A stretch of 64,000 nt of DNA from an uncultured Alphaproteobacteria bacterium (GTDB lineage: Bacteria > Pseudomonadota > Alphaproteobacteria > Rhizobiales > Xanthobacteraceae): positions 155,590 through 219,589 of the forward strand of contig CAWJJV010000024.1 in NCBI GenBank assembly GCA_963843235.1, given 5' to 3'. This document shows, piece after piece, positions 20,239 through 31,527 of the stretch. Position 1 is the stretch's first letter; each line of letters starts with the position of its first letter. A program made the translations under genes and the position numbers. The notes under the pieces were generated by a model that ran no database searches, had not been told where the DNA came from, and saw only the letters and a program-made list of their open reading frames with translations.

Positions 20239-21159
20239 CTAAGTCGCCTTCTTGGGCCGCGGCGGGCCATCGACCGGCGGCAGTGACTTCAGATATTCCG
20301 CGATGGCCGCGCGATCGCCGTCGCTCAATTGGGAAGTATTTCTGATTACGTTCCCCATCGAACCGCCGATGGTGTCGCCGTCAGGGGTTTGTCCGGTCTG
20401 AAGAAAATAGACGATGTCCTTATCGCTCCATTCCGCCAGTCCCTTTTTCGTAATGTTCGGCACCCAGCCCTTGCCTTCCAGATCCGGGCCGCCGGCGAAG
20501 CGCTGCGCGGCGACGATGCCGCCGAGGAAATTGCGCGGACTGTGACACTCCGCGCAATGGCCGAGGCTGTTGACCAGATAGGCACCACGATTCCACTGCG
20601 CCGAGCGCGCCGCATCCGGCGCGAACGGTTTGTCGTTCATGAACAGCAATTTCCAGATCCCGATATTGCGGCGAATGTCGAACGGAAACGGCACGTCATG
20701 ATCGCGCACCTTGCCCGAAACCGGGGCGAGCGTCTTCAGGTAGGCGAAGAGGTCGCGAATGTCGTCAACCTTCGCATGCGCGTAGGTGGTGTAGGGAAAA
20801 GCCGGAAAGTAATGGACGCCGGTCGGCGAAACCCCACGCATCACGGCGTTGACAAATTGCGTCTCGCTCCATCGTCCGATGCCGTCAGCCGGATCGGGCG
20901 AGATGTTCGGGACATAGAACGTGCCGAACGGCGAAGCGAGCGCGAGGCCGCCGCCAAGCTTCAGGCGATCGGACTGGCCGGGCACGGCATGACAGGAGGA
21001 GCATCCTCCGGCGTTGAATGTTGTCTGCCCGTTCGCGAGGTTGGGCGTGTAAGCCGGTCCGGTCACGGTGAGCGTGGCCGCCGGCGCGGTAAGCCACCAG
21101 TAGACGCCGAAGGCTACAACGGTAGCCAAGACACCAGCAATGACAATTCGTCGGAGCAT
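20239..21159 (-). CDS. Membrane-anchored diheme cytochrome c (dehydrogenase cytochrome-subunit-like)
   Basis: CSSCH and CAECH heme motifs; PNISPD, YFPAFPY, RGAYLV. Confidence 0.9.
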   Translation of the reverse strand: MLRRIVIAGVLATVVAFGVYWWLTAPAATLTVTGPAYTPNLANGQTTFNAGGCSSCHAVPGQSDRLKLGGGLALASPFGTFYVPNISPDPADGIGRWSETQFVNAVMRGVSPTGVHYFPAFPYTTYAHAKVDDIRDLFAYLKTLAPVSGKVRDHDVPFPFDIRRNIGIWKLLFMNDKPFAPDAARSAQWNRGAYLVNSLGHCAECHSPRNFLGGIVAAQRFAGGPDLEGKGWVPNITKKGLAEWSDKDIVYFLQTGQTPDGDTIGGSMGNVIRNTSQLSDGDRAAIAEYLKSLPPVDGPPRPKKAT

Positions 21160-21343
21160 TCATCGGTCCGTCACAAGGGGAATTAACTTAGCTGTCGCCA
21201 GAAGTACTTCCAGCCATAGACTAGCGGAAAATTTGTAAAGTGCTTGCAGCTGCGGCTGGAATAAAGCCCAAATCGCATTGTTTTGAAGAGACCGTGCCGC
21301 TTTTGAGACTGCACCATCACTGGACGTCAACCGGGAGAATACC

Positions 21344-21769
21344 ATGCCGAAAACAAACACCATGCTTGCTACGCTTGCCCTGGGTATCACTGTCGTCCTC
21401 GCCGGGCCCGCTTTCGCCGAGAAGATGAAAGCAACGCTCGACGGCAAGTCCGAAGTGCCGCCCACCACCAGCGCCGGCAAGGGCACAGCCGATATCGATT
21501 ACGATGCCGCCACCAAGAAGCTGACCTGGAAGGTGACCTATTCCGGGCTCTCAGGTCCCGCGACCGCCGGGCATTTCCACGGACCGGCCGAAGCCGGCAA
21601 GAACGCCGGCGTCGCCGTCGCGATCCCGAACATCGCTACAAGCCCCGTCGAAGGCAGCGCCACGCTCACGGACGCCCAGGCCGCCGATCTGATGGCCGGC
21701 AAGTACTACGTCAACGTCCACACCGCGGCCAACCCGGGCGGCGAGATCCGTGGTCAGGTGACGAAGTAA
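21344..21769 (+). CDS. CHRD domain protein
   Basis: Signal peptide; GKSEVPP, TAGHFHGPA, YYVNVHTAANPGGEIRGQV. Confidence 0.9.
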   Translation: MPKTNTMLATLALGITVVLAGPAFAEKMKATLDGKSEVPPTTSAGKGTADIDYDAATKKLTWKVTYSGLSGPATAGHFHGPAEAGKNAGVAVAIPNIATSPVEGSATLTDAQAADLMAGKYYVNVHTAANPGGEIRGQVTK

Positions 21770-21788
21770 GCGCTTCGCTCGACCGATA

Positions 21789-21827
21789 AAGAAGGGGCGG
21801 ACGCATCAGCGCCCGCCCCTTTTTCTT
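21789..21827. terminator. Bidirectional intrinsic terminator
   Basis: aagaaGGGGCGG...CCGCCCCttttt between convergent genes. Confidence 0.7.
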
Positions 21828-21854
21828 GAACACATAAAGTTAGAGCGCGAGCAA

Positions 21855-22298
21855 TCAGCCGTTCTTGATGCGGAAGGTCTCGTGGCAGCCGCCGCACTGC
21901 TTGCCGATGGCGGGAAGCGCCACCTTCAGCGCGTCGAGATCCTTGACCGAGGCCTTGGCGTCGGTCACGGCCTTGCCGAAGCTTGCAATGTGCTCGCTGA
22001 AGCCGGCCTTGTCTTCCCAGATTTTCGGCGAGGCGCTGTAGTCACCCTCCGCCTTGAGACCCTTCATGCTTGCGGGAAACAGCGTCGGAAACTTCTTGAC
22101 GGTGTCCTCGAATTGGGCGAGCGCGGCATCGACCGTGGCCTGGTCGTAGGGCTTTTCGCCCTTGACCATCGCGGCCAGCGCGCCGGCGTTCTTTCCGTTA
22201 CCCTTCATCTGGTCCTGCGCCAGCTTGACCGCATCCTGCTGCGCCACCACCGCGCCGAGGCCCAGCAACAACGTTCCAACAACCACGACAGTTCGCAT
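21855..22298 (-). CDS. Class II cytochrome c (c'/c556)
   Basis: Signal peptide; ASPKIWED; C-terminal CGGCH. Confidence 0.9.
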   Translation of the reverse strand: MRTVVVVGTLLLGLGAVVAQQDAVKLAQDQMKGNGKNAGALAAMVKGEKPYDQATVDAALAQFEDTVKKFPTLFPASMKGLKAEGDYSASPKIWEDKAGFSEHIASFGKAVTDAKASVKDLDALKVALPAIGKQCGGCHETFRIKNG

Positions 22299-22492
22299 TA
22301 TCATTCCGATCCCCTCGTTTTTGATCGCCCGGCCGCATTGCGAACCGCGCGCTGTGACCATGGTATTCAAACCCCGCCGCCGGCGTTTCATTCCCTGCAG
22401 GCACGATCCTGACGGGCGGCGAGGATCATGCCCAAACTGAAAGACAAGGCGACAGGCCTGATTCCATTCGCGAAATCAGGCCCGGGCTGACA

Positions 22493-24800
22493 TCACAGGC
22501 TATGCTGGCGCTGATGCTCGCGGATCGCGATCCAGACCCGTTCCGGGGTCGCCGGCATGTCGATATGGTCGATTTTGTATTCGCGCCATAGCCCGTCGAC
22601 GATCGCATTGACCACCGCCGGACAGGAGCCGATCGCGCCGGCCTCACCCGCGCCCTTGACCCCCAGCGGATTGGTCTTGCAGGGCACGTTATGGGTCTCG
22701 AACACGAAGGACGGGCCGTCGGCCGCACGCGGCAGCGCGTAATCCATGAACGTTCCCGTGACGAGCTGGCCGTCTTTCGGATCGTAGACCGCCTGCTCCA
22801 TCAAGGCCTGGCCGATGCCCTGCATGACGCCGCCGTGAACCTGGCCGGCGAGCAGCAGCGGATTCAGCGTGACCCCGAAATCATCGACGATGACGTAATT
22901 TACAATCGCGACAATGCCGGTGGCGGGATCGATCTCGACCTCGGCGACATGGGTGCCGTTGGGGTACGTGCCGTCGGCGCTGGTGAAGGTCGCGCTTGCG
23001 TTCAGCTTCGACGGATCGACGCCCGGGCGCTTGGCAAGATCGGCAAAGCTGACCGAGCGGTCGGTGCCGGCGATCCGCACGGTGCCCTCGGAGATCTCGA
23101 GGTCGCCGACGCTGGTTTCCAGCGCTTCGGCGGCGATCTCGCGCAAATTGGCTCCCAGCGTGCGGGTGGCGCGCTCGACGCTGACGCCGCCGGTCGGAAT
23201 CGACGCCGAACCTCCGGTGCCGAGGCCGGTGGCGATCTGGTCGGTGTCGCCCTGGAAGATGTGGACGCGCTCGGGCGCCAGACCGAACTGCTCGGCAACG
23301 AGCTGCGCGTAGGCGGTCTGGTGGCCCTGCCCGCTCGACTGCGTGCCGATCAGCACCGAGACGTCGCCATTGGGGTCGAGCCGGACATTGGCGGTCTCTT
23401 CACCCATGGTGCCGCAGACTTCGACATAGGTCCCAAGACCAATCCCGCGCACCAGACCCTGCTTCTTCGCTGCCTTGGCGCGCTTGGGGAATTCCTTCCA
23501 GTCCGCAATTTCCATCGCCCGCTTCATGTGCGCGGTGAAGTCGCCGGAATCGTAGACCTTCCCGGTCGCGGTCTTGTAGGGCATCGCGCGCGGCGCAATG
23601 AAGTTCTTGCGCCGGATCGCGTCCGGCGTCATGTCGAGCTTGCGCGCGGCGGCATCGACCAGCCGTTCGATCACATAGGCCGCCTCCGGTCGGCCGGCGC
23701 CGCGATAGGCGTCGACCGGCACGGTGTTGGTGAAGACGGTGCGCACGCGGCAGTGAAACGCCTGGATATCGTAGAGGCCGGGCAACATGCCGGCGCCGCC
23801 ATGCGGAATGTAAGGACCGAAGGTCGACAGGTACGCGCCCATGTCGCCCATCAGATCGACGTCCATGCCTAAGAACTTGCCGTCTTCGGCGAGCGCCATC
23901 CGTGCCGTGGTGACGTTGTCGCGGCCTTGCGCAGTCGCCCATGAAGTGATCGGCGCGGTCGGCGGCCCACTTCACCGTCTTGCGCAGCTTGCGCGCGGCC
24001 ACCGCGGCCAGCGCGTATTCGCGATAGGGAAACAGCTTGGTGCCGAAGCCGCCGCCGACGTCGGGGCAGATCACCCGCATCTTCTCGACCGGGATCTTGA
24101 GGATATTCTGGCACAGGATATCGCGCAGCCGATGGCTGCCCTGGCTGCCGATGGTCAGCGTCAGGTGATCCCGCTTGGCGTCATATTCGCAAACCAGCGC
24201 GCGGGTTTCCATGAAGTTGGTCACGACGCGGGGATTGACGATCGATATCTCGGCGACCGCATGCGCCTTGGCGAAGGCCGCCTCGGTCGCTTTCTTGTCG
24301 CCGAGCGGTACGTCGAACAGCACGTTGCCGGGATGATTGGGCCAGACCTGCGGCGCCCCCTTCTTCACGGCATTGACCACGCCGACCACCGCCGGCAGCG
24401 GGGTCCAGTTGACCTCGATCGCCTCGATCGCGTCGCGGGCCTGATCGATGGTGTCAGCGACAACGAACGCGACGGCGTCGCCGACGTGGCGCACCTCGCC
24501 CTCGGCGAGGATCGGATAAATCGGGCCGGTGAACGGATCGACTTCCAGATTGAACAGGCACGGCAAGGGGCCGAGATCCTTCACGTCGTCAGCCGTCAGA
24601 ATCGCACCGACACCCGGCAGGCCGCGGGCGCGAGTCACATTGATGGTGAATTTCGCGTGCGCATGCGGCGAGCGAAGCACCAGCGCGTGCATCGAAGCCT
24701 GCGGCGCGTGGTCATCGGTGTAGCGACCTTTGCCGCGAATAAGCGCATCGTCTTCCTTGCGAAGCACGCTCTGACCGACGCCAAACTTGATGGGAGCCAT
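22493..24800 (-). CDS. Xanthine dehydrogenase family molybdopterin-binding subunit, form-II CoxL-like; frameshift near 23930
   Basis: [52 protein letters not shown]. Confidence 0.85.
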
Positions 24801-24867
24801 CATTTCTCCAATTGCAACCTGGAATTTGCGCCATATTGCAGCGGATCGCGGCGAAGCGCAAACGGCT

Positions 24868-26398
24868 TCAACTGCGAACCAGCGACCGCAGCCAGCCCTT
24901 GCCGAACAACAGCAGGATCGACCCGGCATAGACCACCGCGCCGACGGCGATCAGCAATAACAGCGCCGCCTCCTCGCGAAGCATGCCCAGCTGCGCAAAG
25001 TGCACTGCCGCAAACCGGGCGGTAAACCAAAGCGCTGCCGCCACCGCAATGCCGGATATCGCAAACTTCGCCAGCGATCGCACCAGCGCCTTGTCGAGTT
25101 CGAGATATCCCGCGCGCACCGCAAACCCCACCACTAACAAAAGATTGATCCAGGCACCGACCGCGGTCGCGAGCGCGAGACCGACCTGCGCCAGCGATCC
25201 CATCAGCAGAACTTTCAGCAGCAGGTTGACCGCGAGGCCGGTGAGCGATGCCTTCACCGGTGTCGCGGTGTCCTTGCGGGCGTAGAACGCCGAGACCGCG
25301 CTGCGGATCGTGACGAACGGAATGAGGCCGATCGCATAGGCCGCGAGCGTGGCGCCCGCGGCCGCGGCGTCGGCTTTGGTGAACGCACCGCGCGCAAACA
25401 CCGCGCGCATCAGGACATCCGACACCGTCAGGAAGGCGGCGACGAACGGCACGGTCGCCAACAGGGTAAATTCGAAAGCGCGGCGCTGCGCCGCCATCGC
25501 GCCCGGCGTCATCTCCTGCGGTGATCCGCCGCGACATTTCCGGCAGCAAGACCGTGCCGATGGCAATGCCGATCACGCCGATCGGCAATTGATAGAGCCG
25601 TTCCGCATAATACAGCGCCGACAACGCGCCCGCGGGCAGGAAGGTCGCAATAATGGTATCGGCGAAGATCGCGACCTGGGTACCCATCGAGCCCAGCGTC
25701 GCCGGCCCGAGCGCGCGGAAAAACGCCCGGACATCCTCATCGAGCCGCAACGGCGCAAAGCGCGGCAGGCCGCCATGGCGCGACAGATCGCCGGCAAGCA
25801 GGAAATACTGCAGGAAGCCGGAGATCAGCACCCCCCAGGCCGCGGCGTGGCCGGGGGTGGGAAACCATGCGGCCAGCGCCAGCGTCGCCATCATCGAGAT
25901 GTTGAGGAAAATCGACGCCGCCGCCGCGCTGGCGAACCGATGCATCACGTTGAGCATGCCGCCATAGAGCGTCACCATCGTGATCAGCAGCAGATAGGGG
26001 AAGGTGATCCGGGTGAGCTCGATCGCGAGACGACGCTGCTCGGGGTCCTCGCTGAAACCCGGCGCCAGAAGGCTCATGGCCTGCGGCATGAACAGCCAGG
26101 CGACAACGAGCAGAACCACCTGCGACACAAACAGCAGGGTAAAGATGCGGTTGGCGAACAGCCGCGCCGAGGTCTCGCCGCCCTTGCCGTGGACATGGGC
26201 GTAGGCCGGAATGAAGGCGGTGTTGAACGCGCCCTCGGCAAAGATCGCGCGGAAATTATTCGGCAGCCGCAGCGCCACGAAAAACGCGTCCGCCATCGGC
26301 GTCGCGCCGAGGATCGCGGCCAGCATGATGTCGCGCGCAAAGCCCGTCAGCCGCGAAAGGAGCGTATAGCCGCCGACGGTGAAAATACGACCGAGCAT
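24868..26398 (-). CDS. murJ: Lipid II flippase MurJ; apparent frameshift near 25500
   Basis: LSRLTGFARD, ADAFFVALRLPNNFRAIFAEGAF, YYAERLYQLPIG, FYARKDTATPV. Confidence 0.9.
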
Positions 26399-26545
26399 CC
26401 GCCGCTTCTACAGCAAGCGGCGGCGCTTCAAAATGGCGAAATCGGGCGGTTCACCGTTTTGGCGCGCCCTTCGGGAAAGCGCGCGCGTTGGTCGCTCAAT
26501 TAAGACCGAACAACCACGTTGCGCCAACGCGGTCCCCCGAGGGGA

Positions 26546-27697
26546 TCACGCCGCCAGCGCGCCCCGCACAGCCGCGATGACGCGCTCCTGCGTCGGCGCG
26601 TCGAGGTAGGCGTGCATCGGCAGGCTGATGACGTCCTCGGACAGCTTTTCGCTGACCGGCAGACCGCCCTCGGCGACCGGGAAATCGCGATACGCCGTCT
26701 GCTGGTGCATCGACTTCGGATAGTAGATCGCGGTCGGAACGCCCTGCACCTTCAGCGCCGCCGCGAAGCCGTCGCGATCGGTCCCCTTTGGCAGCCGGAT
26801 GGTATATTGGGCCCAGACCGAGGTGCATCCAGCCGCCAGATGCGGAACGGTCACGAGGTTGCCGAGACCCCGCGCATAGCGCTCCGCGACCGCATTACGG
26901 GCCGCGATCTCGTCCTCGAAGATCTTCAGCTTCTCGATCAGGATGGCGGCTTGCATGGTATCGAGCCGCCCGGTGAGCCCGAGACGGACATTGTCATACT
27001 TGTCCGATCCCTGGCCGTGGACGCGAACGCTCCGCAGCGTCTGCGCAAGTTCGGCATCGTCGGTGAAGATCGCTCCGCCATCGCCGAAGCAGCCGAGCGG
27101 CTTGGCGGGGAAAAAGCTGGTCGCGGTGGCGAGGCCGAAGCTACCGAGACGGCGGCCCTTGTAGCTGGCGCCGAAGCCTTGCGCGGCGTCGTCGAGAACG
27201 AACAGCCCCTCGGCATCGGCAACCGCGCCGATCGCCGCATGGTCGGCGCTCTGCCCGAACAGATCGACCGGAATTACCGCCTTCGGCTTGAGGCCGAGTT
27301 TGCGCGCGGTCGCGATCCCGCGCTTCAGCGAAGCGGCATCGATGTTGAAGGTCGCCTCATCGACGTCGACAAATACCGGTGTCGCGCCGGTCAGCGCCAC
27401 TGATTCGCCGGTCGCACAAAACGTAAAGGACGGGCATAGCACCGCATCGCCCCGGCCGATGCCTTTGGCCATCAGCACCATCAACAGCGCGTCGGTGCCG
27501 CTGGCGCAGCTCACGACATGCTTTGCGCCGCTGAAATCGGCCAGCAGCGCCTCGAGCTGCGTCACCTCCGGCCCGTTGATGAACTGGCAATGGGTCAGGA
27601 CGCGGGAGACCGCCTCATCGATGGACTTGCCGAGCCGGCGGCGTTGCGCGCCGATATCGATAAAGGGCACGGGTTCTACAGACATGTGCTGGTTCAT
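26546..27697 (-). CDS. gnnB: DegT/DnrJ aminotransferase, GnnB/WbpE-like
   Basis: SGTDALLMVLMA, PVDLFGQ, DDAAQGFG, SFFPAKPLGCFGDGG; paired with a Gfo/Idh/MocA dehydrogenase. Confidence 0.7.
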   Translation of the reverse strand: MNQHMSVEPVPFIDIGAQRRRLGKSIDEAVSRVLTHCQFINGPEVTQLEALLADFSGAKHVVSCASGTDALLMVLMAKGIGRGDAVLCPSFTFCATGESVALTGATPVFVDVDEATFNIDAASLKRGIATARKLGLKPKAVIPVDLFGQSADHAAIGAVADAEGLFVLDDAAQGFGASYKGRRLGSFGLATATSFFPAKPLGCFGDGGAIFTDDAELAQTLRSVRVHGQGSDKYDNVRLGLTGRLDTMQAAILIEKLKIFEDEIAARNAVAERYARGLGNLVTVPHLAAGCTSVWAQYTIRLPKGTDRDGFAAALKVQGVPTAIYYPKSMHQQTAYRDFPVAEGGLPVSEKLSEDVISLPMHAYLDAPTQERVIAAVRGALAA

Positions 27698-27730
27698 GGC
27701 GCCTTCAGAGCAATCGAGTTCAAGAACGGG

Positions 27731-28741
27731 TCAGCCGGCGACGCGGAGCGACCCCTTGCGGGCAGCCGCGGGCCTTGCAGGGGTTACCAGGCAACGCGTC
27801 GCGATTTCGAGACTGGCCACACCTTCGTCGCCGGTCACCGCGGGCACGCCGCCGGAACGCACGGCATTGAGGAATGCGATCAGCTCGGCGCGCAGCGGCT
27901 CGTCATGTCCGACCGGCAGATGGCGCATCGAATAGCTGCCGTCCGGCTTGAAGCCGAAGCACTCGGTGACCTGACGGGTGAGAAGATCGCCCATGATGTA
28001 TTTGCCGCGGGTCGCGACGGTGACGTTCCGCGCCTTGAACGGCGTCAGCCAGTTGGTGTTGATATGCGCGAGAACACCGGACGCGGTACGGAACTGCAGC
28101 AGCGCGATATCTTCGCGCTCGGCGACGGCGCAGGAGAGTTGCGGCTGCACCTCGACAATATCCGACTCGGTGAACCAGCGGATCAGGTCGATGTCGTGCA
28201 CCGCGAGGTCGATCACCACGCCGACATTCGACATCCGCGGCGGAAACGGACCGACGCGGGTGATGGCGATCGAGAGAATATCCTCGCCCGATATCGCCTG
28301 CTTGATGGCGGCGACCGCCGGGTTGAATCGCTCGACATGGCCGACCATCAGCGTCACGCCGGCATGGCGGGCCGCGGTGACAATGTCCTGCCCTTCCTCG
28401 ACCGTGGACGCGATCGGTTTTTCCACGAGCACGTGGATCTTGTGCGCGATCAGGGCCAGCGCGATTTCATGATGCAGATGGGTCGGCGCGGCGATGGTCA
28501 CGGCGTCGACGCCTTCCGCGATCAATTCATCCAGATGCTCAAAGGTGCGGCAGCCCGCCAGTTCGGTGGCGCGCACCCGGTGCGCCGGCAACGGATCGAC
28601 CACCCCGACCAGCGTTGTGTCCGGCAAGCCGGCCAGCACGCGGGCATGATTGCTGCCCATGACGCCTGCGCCGACCACCCCGATGCGAATCGAACGTTTC
28701 GTATCGGCGTCCACGCCCGACACGGCCCCTTTAGAACTCAT
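27731..28741 (-). CDS. gnnA: Gfo/Idh/MocA dehydrogenase, GnnA/WbpB-like
   Basis: GVVGAGVMGSNH, LVEKPIA, GHVERFNPA, DLAVHDID. Confidence 0.7.
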   Translation of the reverse strand: MSSKGAVSGVDADTKRSIRIGVVGAGVMGSNHARVLAGLPDTTLVGVVDPLPAHRVRATELAGCRTFEHLDELIAEGVDAVTIAAPTHLHHEIALALIAHKIHVLVEKPIASTVEEGQDIVTAARHAGVTLMVGHVERFNPAVAAIKQAISGEDILSIAITRVGPFPPRMSNVGVVIDLAVHDIDLIRWFTESDIVEVQPQLSCAVAEREDIALLQFRTASGVLAHINTNWLTPFKARNVTVATRGKYIMGDLLTRQVTECFGFKPDGSYSMRHLPVGHDEPLRAELIAFLNAVRSGGVPAVTGDEGVASLEIATRCLVTPARPAAARKGSLRVAG

Positions 28742-28915
28742 CCCGTTAACCCCGGTAATATTTCCGTCACGAACACCCACGCGCCTCTCCTAGCACGTCG
28801 CCACAAATGTGGCGAATGCCGAAAGACCAACACGAACACGTTTTGATTCAAAGAATTACATCATTTTCGGTGGAACGGGGGCGCGAAACGCTAGTTCCGA
28901 AGCGCCCCCACCCCC

Positions 28916-30328
28916 TCACGAACGGCGGTAATCGTCCTCGATGCGGATGATGTCGTCCTCGCCCAGATAGCTTCCGGTTTGGACCTCGATCAGTTCCAGC
29001 AGGATCTTGCCGGGATTTTCAAGCCGGTGGACGGCCCCGATCGGGATGTAGATCAATTCGTTCTCATGCACGACCTTGACTGTTTCGTTGACCGTCACCC
29101 GCGCGGTACCGCGCACCACGATCCAGTGCTCGGAGCGGTGATGGTGCTTTTGCAGCGAAAGCCGCTCGCCCGACTTCACCGTGATGCGCTTGACCTGGTG
29201 ACGATCGCCATTGTCGACCGACTGGTAGGAACCCCAGGGACGATGTACCCGGAGATGATTCTCGGTCACCTGCGGCGCGACGGTCTTCAGCTTGGCGACC
29301 AGCCGCTTCAGTCCGTTGGCGTCTTTCTGCCGCGACACCAGCACCGCATCCTCCGTGGCGACGACCACGAGATCGTCGACGCCTTCCAGCGCGACCAGCG
29401 CCTTGTCGGTCGAGACGTTGCAATTGCGCGAATCCTCGAACACGGCGACGCCTTGTGCGGCGTTGCCCTGGCCGTCCTTGTCCGACAGTTCCCACACCGC
29501 ATGCCAGGAGCCGACGTCGGACCAGCCGCACGACACCGGCACCACCGAGGCTCGCGAGGTCTTTTCCATCACCGCGTAGTCGATCGAGATCGCCTTGGCC
29601 TTTGCGAACGATTCCGCATCGAGCGTCACGAAGCCAAGATCGCGTCCGGCTTTGCTCACGGCGTCGCTGACGACTTGCACGCTGTCGGCATCGACATTGC
29701 GGTACTCATCGAGCAGGACGGAGGCGCGGAACATGAAGTTGCCGCTGTTCCACAGATAGCCCGCGTCGATGTATTCGGCGGCGGTGACCGGATCGGGTTT
29801 TTCGACGAACTTCGCCACCGAACGGACCTCGCCCGAGATGATCTCGCCGGGGCTGATGTAACCGTATTCGGTGGCCGCCCGCTCCGGCTGAACGCCAAAG
29901 GTCACGATGCGTCCGGCGGCTGCCGCGACCAGCCCCTGCCGGCAGGCGGCGATAAAGGCGGGGGTGTCGCCGACCACATGATCGGCCGCAAGCGCCAGCA
30001 CGATCGCCTCGCTGTCGCGCATCTCCGCAAATACCGCGCCGGCGGCAATCGCCGGACCGGAATCCCGCCGCACCGGCTCGAGCAGGACATCGGCCTCACG
30101 CCCGATTTCGGCCAATTGCTCCAGCACCATGAAGCGATACGCCGCATTGGTGATGATGATCGGCCGTTCGAACAGCGTCGCATCCGACACCCGCAGGATG
30201 GTATCCTGAAACGTCGAGCGCGCCCCGAACAGCGCCAAAAACTGTTTCGGACGGACCTCGCGCGAAGCGGGCCAAAGCCGCGTCCCAGCGCCGCCGCACA
30301 TAATCAGTGGAACAATTCGTCTGTCCAT
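28916..30328 (-). CDS. manC: Mannose-1-phosphate guanylyltransferase / mannose-6-phosphate isomerase
   Basis: CGGAGTRLWPASR..PKQF, WNSG, WSDVGSW, C-terminal cupin RPWG...HHHRSEHW. Confidence 0.95.
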   Translation of the reverse strand: MDRRIVPLIMCGGAGTRLWPASREVRPKQFLALFGARSTFQDTILRVSDATLFERPIIITNAAYRFMVLEQLAEIGREADVLLEPVRRDSGPAIAAGAVFAEMRDSEAIVLALAADHVVGDTPAFIAACRQGLVAAAAGRIVTFGVQPERAATEYGYISPGEIISGEVRSVAKFVEKPDPVTAAEYIDAGYLWNSGNFMFRASVLLDEYRNVDADSVQVVSDAVSKAGRDLGFVTLDAESFAKAKAISIDYAVMEKTSRASVVPVSCGWSDVGSWHAVWELSDKDGQGNAAQGVAVFEDSRNCNVSTDKALVALEGVDDLVVVATEDAVLVSRQKDANGLKRLVAKLKTVAPQVTENHLRVHRPWGSYQSVDNGDRHQVKRITVKSGERLSLQKHHHRSEHWIVVRGTARVTVNETVKVVHENELIYIPIGAVHRLENPGKILLELIEVQTGSYLGEDDIIRIEDDYRRS

Positions 30329-30335
30329 CGACGCC

Positions 30336-31323
30336 TCAAAGTTTGTAGTGGCCGCGATACCACACCACAAATTCGCGAATACCATCCTCGATCGAGGTCT
30401 CAGGCCTGAGGCCTGTGTCGCGCATCAGAGCTCCGACGTCAGCGAACGTTTCCGTGACATCACCGGGCTGCATTGGCAACATATCCTTTATCGCCGTGCG
30501 ACCCAATTCACTCTCCAGAAGCGCGACCACATGCAGAAGTTCTTCCGGATGCTGGTTGCCGAGATTGTAGATCCGCGCCGGCGCGCGCGCTGCTTCGTCG
30601 ATAGCGGGAATGTGATCGACGAGATGCAGCACGATGCGGCTGACGTCGTCGATATAAGTGAAGTCGCGCCGCATCCTGCCATGATTGAAAAGCTTGATCG
30701 GCGCGCCTTCAAGGATTGCCTTGGTGAACAGGGAAATCGCCATATCGGGCCGTCCCCAGGGCCCGTAGATGGTGAAAAATCGCAAGCCGGTGACCGGAAG
30801 GCGATAGAGATGGCTATACGAATAAGCCATCATCTCGTTGGCCTTTTTGGTCGCCGCGTAGAAACTCACGGGATGGTCCGTCTTATCATCAACGGAAAAC
30901 GGCACTTTTGTGTTGGCGCCGTAAACCGACGATGACGACGCGTATAATAAATGCCGGCAGCCATTGTGCCGGCATCCTTCCAGCACGTTGCAAAAGCCTT
31001 CGAGGTTGGCATCGACATAGGCGTGGGGATGATCGATCGAGTGGCGCACGCCGGCCTGCGCCGCGAGATGGACCACCACCGCAAAGCGATGTTGCGCAAA
31101 CAGCGAAGCCATGGCCGCACGATCCGCCAGATCGGTCTGCACGAAGCTGAACCGCGGATTCTCGCGCAGGAGATTCAGCCGCGCCTGCTTCAGCGCCGGA
31201 TCGTAATAAGCGTTAAGACTGTCCAGGCCGACGACATCGCGGCCCTCGGCCAGCAGCGCGCCGGGCGACGTGAAAGCCGATAAAACCCGCCGCCCCCGTG
31301 ACCAATATGGCTTGATCGGACAT
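30336..31323 (-). CDS. lspL: UDP-glucuronate 4-epimerase-like NAD-dependent epimerase; frameshift near 31259
   Basis: Reconstructed MSDQAILVTGAAGFIGFH; HLAAQAGVRHS, YAATKKANE, FFTIYGPWGRPDMA, MQPGDV. Confidence 0.75.
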
Positions 31324-31527
31324 CGTATCCCCAGCGGCGTCCGGTCCGGCTTCGCCAAACCGGCCCCGGACTCTTTACCTGCCGTATCGCGGGTGCCGCA
31401 ATACCCGTTTGGGCGCCGCTATTGCCAGATCGGCTCTAAAACCATACCAAGGCGGCGCAGTTCGGCGCGGGGGCGCCGGGTTGGGTTGTTTTTGACCTTC
31501 TCCCAGACCACACCAAGCGCGGGTGAG

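Noticed and set aside
16250-20240. Integrase-mobilised genomic island or prophage
   Set aside because: No integrase, transposase, tRNA or phage gene in view; only the lrp relic marks the boundary.
22493-24800. True (form I) aerobic CO dehydrogenase
   Set aside because: Active-site loop is AYRGAGR, not AYxCSFR, and no cox accessory genes are adjacent.
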